This document shows positions 25,269 through 33,770 of a stretch of 64,000 nucleotides of DNA, in pieces; within the stretch, counting starts at the first letter, position 1, and each line of letters begins with the position of its first letter. Location: contig JAJDAJ010000070.1 of NCBI GenBank assembly GCA_029261925.1, positions 67,613 to 131,612 on the forward strand, given 5' to 3'. This DNA comes from Deltaproteobacteria bacterium. GTDB lineage: Bacteria; Myxococcota_A; UBA9160; SZUA-336. Below the pieces are notes generated by a model, which made no database searches, was not told the DNA's origin, and saw only the letters and a list, made by a program, of their open reading frames with translations. The position numbers and the translations under genes are program-made.

Positions 25269-26512
25269 CCGACACCGAGACGCAGATAGAGAGCCCCGAG
25301 GAGTTCCGCCTCCGCGCCCGCGCCTGGCTCGCGGACAACATGCCGCCCCGGCCCGAGGGCCGGAGCTACGAGCGCAACTTCGAGCGCTGCCGCGAGCTGC
25401 AGGCCATGCTGCACGAGGGCGGCTTCGCGGGTGTGTGCTTCCCGCGCGAGTACGGCGGGCTCGGGCTGACCCCCGAGCACCAGCGCGCGCTCGACCTCGA
25501 GACCCTGAGCTACGAGATGCCGCTAGCGCTCAACGTCCCCACCTTCGGGATCATCGGCGCCACACTGCTCGAGTTCTGTACCCACGAGCAGAAGCTGCGC
25601 TTCCTGCCACCGATGCTGCGCGGCGAGCACGTCTGGGTCCAGTTCCTCTCCGAGCCCACGAGCGGCTCCGACCTGGCGTCGCTCACCACGCGGGCGACGC
25701 TCGACGGCGACGCCTTCGTGATCAACGGCTCCAAGATCTGGAGCTCGGGTGCGCACGCGGCCGACTACGGGGTCCTCGTGGCTCGCTCGAACTGGGACGT
25801 TCCCAAGCATGACGGGATCACGGTCCTGATCATGAAGATCGACCAGCCCGGGGTCACGGTGGAGCAGATCGTGGACACGGGCGGCGGAACCGAGTTCTGC
25901 CAGGAGTTCTTCGACGACGTGCGTGTCCCCCTCGACCACGTGATCGGGAAGGTGGACGCCGGCTGGACCGTCGTGAGGGGGCTGCTGGCCCACGAGCGCA
26001 ACTCGATGGGCGACGCGTCGATCTACGTGAGCGGGCTGCACAATGCGCCGACCGAGCGCGCCCGCTCCGACATCATGGAGCTCGCCCTCGCCAGCGGGAA
26101 GGCCGACGACCCGGAGGTCCGGCAGCTGGTCGGCGAGGACTACGCGCTGCGCTTCGCGCAGGACGAGGCGGCACGGCGCGTCGGGGCCGGGATGGCGACC
26201 GGGCACTTCCCGCCCACGGCGGGAGCGATGCTGCGCCTGATGGGCGCCCGCTCCGGCGTGCGGCGCGCGGACATGGCCCTGGAGATCGCGGGCAGCGCCG
26301 CTGTCGCCTGGCACGACGGCGACCCGGCGGCGCCGGTCGGCGTGCGCTTCGTGGGTCGCCAGTCCATCGAGATCGGCGGCGGCACCACCGAGATGCAGCG
26401 CAACCTCATCAGCGAGCGCCTGCTCATGATGCCGCGCGAGCCCGCCGCCGACCGGGGCGTGCCCTTCAACGAGGTACGCCACAACGCCGCGCCCACGCGC
26501 GAGAAGAGCTAG
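25265..26512 (+). CDS. Acyl-CoA dehydrogenase, alpha-like subunit
   Basis: 415 aa. LSEPTSGSDLASL, INGSKIWSSGAH, IEIGGGTTEMQRNLISERLL. Confidence 0.9.
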   Translation: MTDTETQIESPEEFRLRARAWLADNMPPRPEGRSYERNFERCRELQAMLHEGGFAGVCFPREYGGLGLTPEHQRALDLETLSYEMPLALNVPTFGIIGATLLEFCTHEQKLRFLPPMLRGEHVWVQFLSEPTSGSDLASLTTRATLDGDAFVINGSKIWSSGAHAADYGVLVARSNWDVPKHDGITVLIMKIDQPGVTVEQIVDTGGGTEFCQEFFDDVRVPLDHVIGKVDAGWTVVRGLLAHERNSMGDASIYVSGLHNAPTERARSDIMELALASGKADDPEVRQLVGEDYALRFAQDEAARRVGAGMATGHFPPTAGAMLRLMGARSGVRRADMALEIAGSAAVAWHDGDPAAPVGVRFVGRQSIEIGGGTTEMQRNLISERLLMMPREPAADRGVPFNEVRHNAAPTREKS

Positions 26513-26518
26513 CCAGAA

Positions 26519-27322
26519 GTGGTGCCGGTGCCCGCCCTCTCCCGCTGCCTCGTCGCCGTCGGACTCGTCGCCGCGCTCGCCGCCACCGCCTGCATCACCT
26601 CGCCCATGGGCCGCCAGCAGCTGGTGCTCTTCCCGGAGTCCGAGATGGCCACCATGGGCGCGGCCGCGTTCGACAAGCTCAAGACCGACCTGCCCACCTC
26701 ACGCGACGCGGCCCGCCAGCGCTACGTGCGCTGCGTGGCCGACGCCATCACCGCGCAGCTGCGCCCCGGCGAGGGCGCGCGGAGCTGGGAGGTGACGGTC
26801 TTCGAGGACGCCTCCGCGAACGCCTTCGCCCTGCCCGGCGGCAAGATCGGCGTGCACACGGGGCTGCTCCAGGTGGCGCGGGACCAGCACCAGCTGGCAA
26901 CCGTGATCGGGCACGAGGTGGCCCACGTGGTGGCACGGCACTCGAACGAGCGCGTGTCGAACCAGTTCGCCGCCCAGACCGGGCTGCAGCTCGCCGGCAG
27001 CATCGCCGGGGGCTCCCCGCAGCTCATGGGCCTGCTGGGCGTCGGGGCACAGGTGGGCGTGCTGCTGCCCTTCGACCGCGCGCAGGAGAGCGAGGCCGAC
27101 CTCCTGGGGCTCGACCTCATGGCGCGCGCCGGATTCGACCCGCGACAGAGCGTCCCGCTCTGGCGGAACATGGAAAAGGCCGGCGGCGGCGCCCCGCCCG
27201 AGTTCCTGTCGACCCATCCGTCGGCCGGGCGCCGCATCCAGGAGCTCTCGCAGCGGATTCCCCGCGTGCTGCCGGTCTACGAGAGTGCCCGCGCCGCGGG
27301 CCGGCGCCCCGCCTGCTCCTGA
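26519..27322 (+). CDS. M48 family zinc metalloprotease lipoprotein (BepA/LoiP-like)
   Basis: GTG start. Lipobox LAATAC. HEVAHVVARH (HExxH), ESEADLLGLDLMARAGFDP, STHPS. Confidence 0.85.
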   Translation: MVPVPALSRCLVAVGLVAALAATACITSPMGRQQLVLFPESEMATMGAAAFDKLKTDLPTSRDAARQRYVRCVADAITAQLRPGEGARSWEVTVFEDASANAFALPGGKIGVHTGLLQVARDQHQLATVIGHEVAHVVARHSNERVSNQFAAQTGLQLAGSIAGGSPQLMGLLGVGAQVGVLLPFDRAQESEADLLGLDLMARAGFDPRQSVPLWRNMEKAGGGAPPEFLSTHPSAGRRIQELSQRIPRVLPVYESARAAGRRPACS

Positions 27323-27431
27323 AGCAACGGGGCCGAAGGACGCTCCCGGACCGGGTCCGCACCGGGTAGACTGGAAGCCCGGGCTCCGGACCGGTGGGGA
27401 GCCCGGACTCACGGGATCAGCGGAGGGATCG

Positions 27432-28691
27432 ATGCTCACGCACGAGGAGAACGAGCGACTGACGCGGATCGAGGGCGATGCGCCCATGGGCCAGCTGATG
27501 CGAGAGCAGAGCTGGATCCCGGCCTGCCTCTCCTTCCAGCTTCAGGCCGACGGGGCACCGCGGCGGGTGCGCCTGCTCGGCACCGACTACGTCGCCTTCC
27601 GCGACACACGCGGCCGGGTCGGGTTTCTCGACGAGGCCTGCCCGCATCGCAACGTCTCGCTGGTCCTCGCCCGCAACGAGGACTGCGCCCTCACCTGCAT
27701 CTTCCACGGCTGGCGCATCGACGTCACCGGACAGGTGATCGAGGCGCCCACGCACGCCCCGAACGCGGAGGCCTTCGCCTCCAGGATCCGCACCCGCAGC
27801 TATCCCGTGGTGGATGCGGGCGGCCTCATCTGGGTGTATCTCGGCGAGGGAGCGGCGCCCCGCTTCCCGCACCTGCCCTTCACCGTGCTTCCCGAGCGCC
27901 ACGTCTGGGTGACCGCGACCGAGTGCGCCTGCAACTGGCTCCAGGGGGTCGAGGCCACCCTGGATACGGCACACATCGGGACGCTGCACCGCTCGTACAT
28001 CACCTCGCTGGCGGCGAACAACGACGCGAACACCATCGGCCAGACGCTCGGCGCGCTGGCACCGGGCTACGAGGTCGAGGACACGCCCTACGGAATCGAC
28101 GCCAGCGGCCTGCGTCCGCTTCCCGACGGGAGCACGTACGTCCGCACGACCCGCTGGGTCCTGCCGTTCGTCAGCCTGGTTCCCGGGAATCCGGGGCAGA
28201 GTGACGGCGTCATCTTCATCGTCTCGCCCGTGGACGACCACAACCACGTGCTCTTCTTCGGCCACTGGAGCCTCGAGAGCCCGATGCACGACGGCAAGTA
28301 CGAACGCATGCCCGAGACCCACGCGTCGATCGTCGGGGACCGGCCGTTCGACATCGAGAACTTCGGCGGCTTCACGGGCGGTCGAGACGACAGCTGGGGC
28401 CAGGACCGGGAGGCCATGAAGAACGGGCACTTCAGCGGCTTCACCGGCAACCTGCTCCAGGAAGACACGGTCACGCAGATCAGCATGGGGCCGATCGTCG
28501 ATCGCACCCGCGAGCACCTGTCGAGCAGCGACGTCGCGGTCATCCACGCGCGGCGCGCGCTGCTGCGAGCGCTGGACAACGTGGCGGCCGGCCGCCCCCC
28601 CGTGGGAGACGCGCTGCCCGACGACCTGAGCGACGCCCACCCCGTCGACCGCATCCTGCCGGCCGACCGGGCGTCGGCCGACGCGAGGTAG
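27432..28691 (+). CDS. Rieske [2Fe-2S] non-heme iron oxygenase, alpha-only type (phthalate/KshA-like class)
   Basis: ATG 27432 with GGAGGG upstream. Rieske motif CPHRNVSL...CIFHGW. Mononuclear iron motif NWLQGVEATLDTAHIGTLH (DxxHxxxxH). Confidence 0.85.
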   Translation: MLTHEENERLTRIEGDAPMGQLMREQSWIPACLSFQLQADGAPRRVRLLGTDYVAFRDTRGRVGFLDEACPHRNVSLVLARNEDCALTCIFHGWRIDVTGQVIEAPTHAPNAEAFASRIRTRSYPVVDAGGLIWVYLGEGAAPRFPHLPFTVLPERHVWVTATECACNWLQGVEATLDTAHIGTLHRSYITSLAANNDANTIGQTLGALAPGYEVEDTPYGIDASGLRPLPDGSTYVRTTRWVLPFVSLVPGNPGQSDGVIFIVSPVDDHNHVLFFGHWSLESPMHDGKYERMPETHASIVGDRPFDIENFGGFTGGRDDSWGQDREAMKNGHFSGFTGNLLQEDTVTQISMGPIVDRTREHLSSSDVAVIHARRALLRALDNVAAGRPPVGDALPDDLSDAHPVDRILPADRASADAR

Positions 28692-28782
28692 CCGGGCTCG
28701 CAGCGGCCTCGGCGGCTGCATCAGCGATCCACCCGGGCCCGCCGCGCGGCGTATACTCCCGCCACCGGAGCGGGAGAGCGAC

Positions 28783-29709
28783 TTGGGAGTACTCGATGGC
28801 AAGGCGGTTGCCATCACGGGCTCTGGCCGTGGCATCGGGGCCGCCTGCGCAAGGGGCGCGGCCCGTCAGGGCGCCGCGGTCGTCGTCAACGACGTCGATC
28901 GTCGCGAGGCCGAGGAGACGGCGGCGGCGATCGTCGCCGAGGGTGGCCGGGCCGTCGCCTGCGTGGCCGACGTCACGAGATGGGAGGAGGCCGGCCAGCT
29001 GGTCGAGACCTGCATCTCGAGCTTCGGGAAGATCGACGGGCTGGTGAACAACGCCGCCCTCTTCCACCGGGGACGCCTCGACGCACTCGACCCGCAGGCC
29101 GCGCGGTCGCTGGTCGAGGTCAACGTGCTCGGCCCGCTTCACTGCGCCGCGCACGCCGTCAGGCCCATGCTCGCGCAGGGATCCGGCTCGATCGTCAACG
29201 TCGTCTCGGGCGCACACATGGGCATGCCGACCATGGGCATCTACGGCGCGACCAAGGGTGCCGCCGCGTCGATGGTCTACACCTGGGCGATGGAGCTGGA
29301 CGGCTCCGGCGTGCGCGTCAACGGCCTGTCCCCCTTCGGGCTGACGCGGATGGGCGCGTTCTCGGAGCAGGAGCTGCAGGACCCCGAGGTCGCGAAGCGG
29401 GTCGCCGAGATGCCGCCGCCCGAGAGCAACTCACCGGTCGTGGAGTATCTCCTGTCGGATCTCTCGGTCGGCGTGAACGGCCAGCTGGTCCGGATCGACC
29501 GGGGCGAGCTGCAGCTGTACACGCATCCCGCATTGCTCGTCCCGCCCATCGTGCGCTCCGAGTGGACCGCCGAGACGGTGGCGGAGGCCTTCGAGCGGGA
29601 TCTCGGAGACCGCCAGATCCCGTGCGGCGTCTGGGGCATGCAGGGTCCGCCGCTCGATCTGCAGAGCGGCTACTGGAAGCGGGTCAGCGGCACGCAGGAG
29701 GCCAGTTGA
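28783..29709 (+). CDS. SDR family oxidoreductase (extended C-terminus)
   Basis: TTG start. GKAVAITGSGRGIG, NNAA, YGATKGAA. 308 aa. Confidence 0.85.
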   Translation: MGVLDGKAVAITGSGRGIGAACARGAARQGAAVVVNDVDRREAEETAAAIVAEGGRAVACVADVTRWEEAGQLVETCISSFGKIDGLVNNAALFHRGRLDALDPQAARSLVEVNVLGPLHCAAHAVRPMLAQGSGSIVNVVSGAHMGMPTMGIYGATKGAAASMVYTWAMELDGSGVRVNGLSPFGLTRMGAFSEQELQDPEVAKRVAEMPPPESNSPVVEYLLSDLSVGVNGQLVRIDRGELQLYTHPALLVPPIVRSEWTAETVAEAFERDLGDRQIPCGVWGMQGPPLDLQSGYWKRVSGTQEAS

Positions 29710-31298
29710 CCGGGGAAGCGTTCGACGTGGCCGTCGTCGGAGGGGGCCTCGGTGGCATCTACGCCTCCCACCGCTTCCGCGACGAGGGGCTCTCGGTGGT
29801 CGGGATCGAGGGCGCCTCCGGCTTCGGAGGCGTCTGGTATCACAACGGCTACCCGGGATCGCGGGTCGACGTCGACAGCCTCGACTACTGCTACCTGTTC
29901 TCGAGGGAGATCTTCGAGAAATGGCGCTGGCCGGAGCGCTACGCCTCGCAGCCGGACCTGATGGCGTACCTGAACTGGGCGGCCGACCTGCTCGACGTCC
30001 GGGGCCTGTTCCGCTTCGACACCTGGCTGCGCGAGGCGCGGTGGTCGAGCGACGACGATCGCTGGCATCTGGTGACCGACCGCGGGGAGCGCATCGCCTG
30101 CCGGTTCCTGGTCATGTGCACCGGGAACCTGTCCGAGCCCAAGCCGGTGAGCTTCGCCGGGCTCGAGCGCTTCCGGGGCGAGTGCCTGCAGACCAATCGC
30201 TGGCCCCACCGGGAGGTTCCCCTGGACGGTCGCCGCATCGGGATCGTCGGGACCGGCTCGTCGGGCGCCCAGGCCATTCCCGTGCTGGCCGATGCCGCCG
30301 AGCACCTCGTCGTCTTCCAGCGCACCCCGCACTACGCGGTCCCGGCGCAGAACGGCCCCGCCGAGCCGGGGCTGCAGGACGCGATCGCCCGGGATCTCGA
30401 GACCGTGCGCGAGGATTCCCTGGCCCGGTTCACCTTGCCCCGGAACCTCGAGAATCCCCGGCCGGCGGCGAGCCACTCGCCCGCGAAGCAGCGCGAGCTG
30501 CTCGAGCGACAGTGGGAGTGCGGCGGGCACGGCATGTCGTACCTCTTCTCGGACATCGGCACCGACCGGGCCGCCAACGAGGTCGTGGCCGAGTTCGTCC
30601 GGGAGAAGATCCGCGCGCGGGTGAACGACCCCGTCCTGGCCGCAAAGCTCTGCCCCGACTATCCGATCGGCACGCGGCGGCTGATCCTGGAGATCGGCTA
30701 CTACGAGGCCTTCAACCGCGGCAACGTCACGCTGGTCGACACGCGAGAAGCGCCCATCGTGGAGATCACCGAGACGGGCGTCCGAACGGCCGACGAGCAC
30801 CACGAGGTGGACCTGCTGATCTTCGCGCTCGGGTTCCGGCCCTTCCTCGGCGCCATCGATCGTGCCGGGGTCCGCAACGCCAAGGACCAGTCGCCGCGTG
30901 ACGTCTGGGCCCGTGGCCCGCGGACCGTGTTCGGGCTCATGACCCCGGGGTTCCCCAACTTCTTTCACCCGACCAACGCCGGCAGCCCGTCCGTGCTCGG
31001 TCCCCTCTTCCTGCAGAACGAGTTCCACTCCGACTGGATTGCCGACTGCATCGCGCACATGCGGCGCTCGGGCTGCTCGATCGTCGAGGCCACGGAGGAG
31101 GGAGCGGACGTCTGGGGTCGCAAGTCCGCCGCGGTCGCGGAGCGCATGCTCCGCCGGCAGGTCGACAACTACATGGTTCACGTCAATGCCGACGACGGAT
31201 CGCGGGTCTTCCAGCCCTGGGGGGCCGGCCTGGCCACCTACGTGCCCGAGGTGCGCGCCATGACCGCCCGGGACTACGAGGGCTTCGCGTTTCGCTGA
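29706..31298 (+). CDS. Type I Baeyer-Villiger (flavin-containing) monooxygenase
   Basis: TTG 29706 overlaps the SDR stop (TTGA). A start slightly downstream is possible. DVAVVGGGLGGIY, GGVWYHNGYPGSRVD, FRGECLQTNRWP (fingerprint variant), IGIVGTGSSGAQ. Confidence 0.85.
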   Translation: MTGEAFDVAVVGGGLGGIYASHRFRDEGLSVVGIEGASGFGGVWYHNGYPGSRVDVDSLDYCYLFSREIFEKWRWPERYASQPDLMAYLNWAADLLDVRGLFRFDTWLREARWSSDDDRWHLVTDRGERIACRFLVMCTGNLSEPKPVSFAGLERFRGECLQTNRWPHREVPLDGRRIGIVGTGSSGAQAIPVLADAAEHLVVFQRTPHYAVPAQNGPAEPGLQDAIARDLETVREDSLARFTLPRNLENPRPAASHSPAKQRELLERQWECGGHGMSYLFSDIGTDRAANEVVAEFVREKIRARVNDPVLAAKLCPDYPIGTRRLILEIGYYEAFNRGNVTLVDTREAPIVEITETGVRTADEHHEVDLLIFALGFRPFLGAIDRAGVRNAKDQSPRDVWARGPRTVFGLMTPGFPNFFHPTNAGSPSVLGPLFLQNEFHSDWIADCIAHMRRSGCSIVEATEEGADVWGRKSAAVAERMLRRQVDNYMVHVNADDGSRVFQPWGAGLATYVPEVRAMTARDYEGFAFR

Positions 31299-31426
31299 GC
31301 GGCGGACCCCACGCGTCCCGGCACCGGCGTCGCGGCTGCCGCCCTTGTGAAACGACGGGCGGGCCGGATAATGGGCTCCAGCGCGCAACGCGCCGCCACT
31401 GCGGTGCCGCAGCGCGAGGAGGAATC

Positions 31427-32566
31427 ATGGTCCAGCGCGTGATCTCGGCCGACAACCACATCCTGGAGCCACGCGACCTGTGGACGAGCCGCCTGCCCGC
31501 GAGCCTGCGCGAGCGCGCGCCCAGGGTCGCGAGCCACCCCGACGGCGGCGACGGCTGGAGCTTCCACGGGGAGGTGCCGCGGCGGCCATTCGGCCTGGAG
31601 GCGGTCGCGGGACGCAAGCTCAGCGACATCACCGACCGCGGGGGGCTGCGCTGGGAGGAGATCATGCCCGGCAACTACGATCCCGCAGAGCACCTGGTCG
31701 ACATGGACCGGGACGGCATCGACGCAGTCGTGGTGTACCCGGCCGTCGCGATGGCGGCCTGGGTGGAGCCGGACCGCGAGCTGGGGGTGGCGCTCCTGCG
31801 CGCCTACAACGACTGGATGCTCGACGACTTCCAGGCTCACGATCCGGCCCGCATCGTCGGCCTGCCTCTGCTGCCCATCGACGACGACCTCGACACGGCC
31901 CTGGGCGAGCTTGACCGCTGCTCGGCCAAGGGCGCGCGGGCGATGCTGATTCCCGGGAGCCCCGAGCGCCCCTACAACGACCCGGAGTACGACCCGATCT
32001 GGGCGGCGGCGGCGGACGCCGGCGTGGTGCTGACGTTCCATCGCAACCACGGCGGGCGCTCGAAGGACACCTTCTACGACGAGCTGGCGGCCCGGCAGGA
32101 GATCAGCGTCGCGGGCATCACGACGCGCTTCTTCAGCGCGGTCTCCCCGCTGACCTACATGATCTTCTCGGGCGTGTTCGAGCGCCATCCGCGGCTGCGC
32201 ATCGTCGCGGCCGAGGTGAACTGCGGCTGGCTTCCGTTCCTCGCCCAGACCATGGACCAGCAGTACGGGCTCCAGGACACCTGGGCCGGGCTACCGATCC
32301 AGCGCGCGCCGAGCGAGTACCTGGGGGAGAACGTCTTCGTCACGATCCTCGACGATCACGTGGGCTTCAAGCTGATGCGCGACGACGAGCGTCTCTGTGC
32401 AGCGTCGATGTACTCGACCGACTACCCCCACAGCGTCACGCTCTGGCCCGACAGCGCGAAGTGGACGGTGGAGCTGACGGAGGGGCTGAGCGCGACGCAG
32501 CGCGAGCGCGTGCTCTCGGGCAACGCGGCGCGGCTCTACGGCCTCTCGCCCGGCGGCGCCCGGTAG
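31427..32566 (+). CDS. Amidohydrolase family 2, paralog B (more divergent)
   Basis: ATG with GAGGAGG upstream. VISADNHILEP, VVLTFHRNHGG, MYSTDYPHSV. Confidence 0.9.
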   Translation: MVQRVISADNHILEPRDLWTSRLPASLRERAPRVASHPDGGDGWSFHGEVPRRPFGLEAVAGRKLSDITDRGGLRWEEIMPGNYDPAEHLVDMDRDGIDAVVVYPAVAMAAWVEPDRELGVALLRAYNDWMLDDFQAHDPARIVGLPLLPIDDDLDTALGELDRCSAKGARAMLIPGSPERPYNDPEYDPIWAAAADAGVVLTFHRNHGGRSKDTFYDELAARQEISVAGITTRFFSAVSPLTYMIFSGVFERHPRLRIVAAEVNCGWLPFLAQTMDQQYGLQDTWAGLPIQRAPSEYLGENVFVTILDDHVGFKLMRDDERLCAASMYSTDYPHSVTLWPDSAKWTVELTEGLSATQRERVLSGNAARLYGLSPGGAR

Positions 32567-32663
32567 CCGCGAGCCTTCCGGGCCCGGCGGATCGAGCTCG
32601 GCCCGCGGCATGGGCGCGAGTCGAAGTCCGCATCCCGTACACTCGGTGCGAGGAGGAAGAGCC

Positions 32664-33668
32664 ATGGAGTACCGCGAGTTCGGCAGGACCGGCATCCGGG
32701 TCTCGGCCATGGGCTTCGGCTGCTGGGAGATCGGCGGCGGCTACGGCGCGGTCGAGGCCGATGCGTTCGCCCGGGCGGTGCAGCGCGCGCTCGACCTGGG
32801 CGTGAACTGCTTCGACACCGCGGAGGCCTACGGCTTCGGCGCGTCGGAGCGCGAGCTCGCGCGTGCACTCGGAAGTCGGCGTCAGGAAGCGGTGGTCGTG
32901 ACCAAGTTCGGGATCGGCTATCCCGACATGCCGCGCATGCGCGACAGCAGCCCCGCCAGGATCGCGCAGTCGGTGGAGGGCAGCCTCGAGGCCCTGGGCA
33001 CGGACTACATCGACGTCTACCTGATCCACTGGCCCGACCTGAACACGCCCTTCGACGTCACCATGCGCGCGCTCGAGGATCTCGTCACCCAGGGCAAGGT
33101 GCGCCACGTCGGCGTCTCGAACTTCCGTCGCGAGCAGATCGAGGAGGCCGCGGCGACGCGCCCGGTCGAGGTCGTGCAGTGCGGCTGGAACCTCTTCGAC
33201 CGCCGCATGGGCCGGGAGATCCTCCCCTACTGCGCCGGGAACGGGATCGGGGTGATGGGCTACGGACCGCTCGCGTACGGGATGCTCACGGGCACCTTCA
33301 GCGAGGAGATGGAGTTCTCGCAGGACGACTGGCGGGCCGGCCGCGGGAACATGGGCGTGATTAACCTGACCCGCACGCTGTTCGGCCCGCGCTACTTCGT
33401 TCGCAACGTGCGCGCCGTAGAGGAGCTCAAGGGGATCGCAGCGGGCCACGGCAAGACCGTCGCCCAGCTCGCGCTGCGCTGGGCCACGACGCACCCGGCC
33501 ATGAGCGTGGCTCTGGCCGGATGCCGGAACTCGAAGGAGGTCGAGGAGAACGTCGCCGCCCTCGACCTCACCCTGGGCGAGGACGACCTGGCGGCGATCG
33601 ACGCGGTCTTCGACCGGTACGGGATCGAGACCTCCCCCGACACCTGGGTCGAGGACGACGAGGAATAG
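32664..33668 (+). CDS. Aldo/keto reductase
   Basis: ATG 32664 with AGGAGG upstream. GFGCWEIGG, NCFDTAEAYG, DVYLIHWPD, VGVSNF. Confidence 0.9.
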   Translation: MEYREFGRTGIRVSAMGFGCWEIGGGYGAVEADAFARAVQRALDLGVNCFDTAEAYGFGASERELARALGSRRQEAVVVTKFGIGYPDMPRMRDSSPARIAQSVEGSLEALGTDYIDVYLIHWPDLNTPFDVTMRALEDLVTQGKVRHVGVSNFRREQIEEAAATRPVEVVQCGWNLFDRRMGREILPYCAGNGIGVMGYGPLAYGMLTGTFSEEMEFSQDDWRAGRGNMGVINLTRTLFGPRYFVRNVRAVEELKGIAAGHGKTVAQLALRWATTHPAMSVALAGCRNSKEVEENVAALDLTLGEDDLAAIDAVFDRYGIETSPDTWVEDDEE

Positions 33669-33770
33669 CGCCGGCCGGCATCCGGCGGTCAGGCCCGGGC
33701 CACGCTGCACGTCGGCGCCGGCCTACAATGAGCCGGCGCCCGCCTCGTGGCGCCGGCCCCGGAGGACCCC

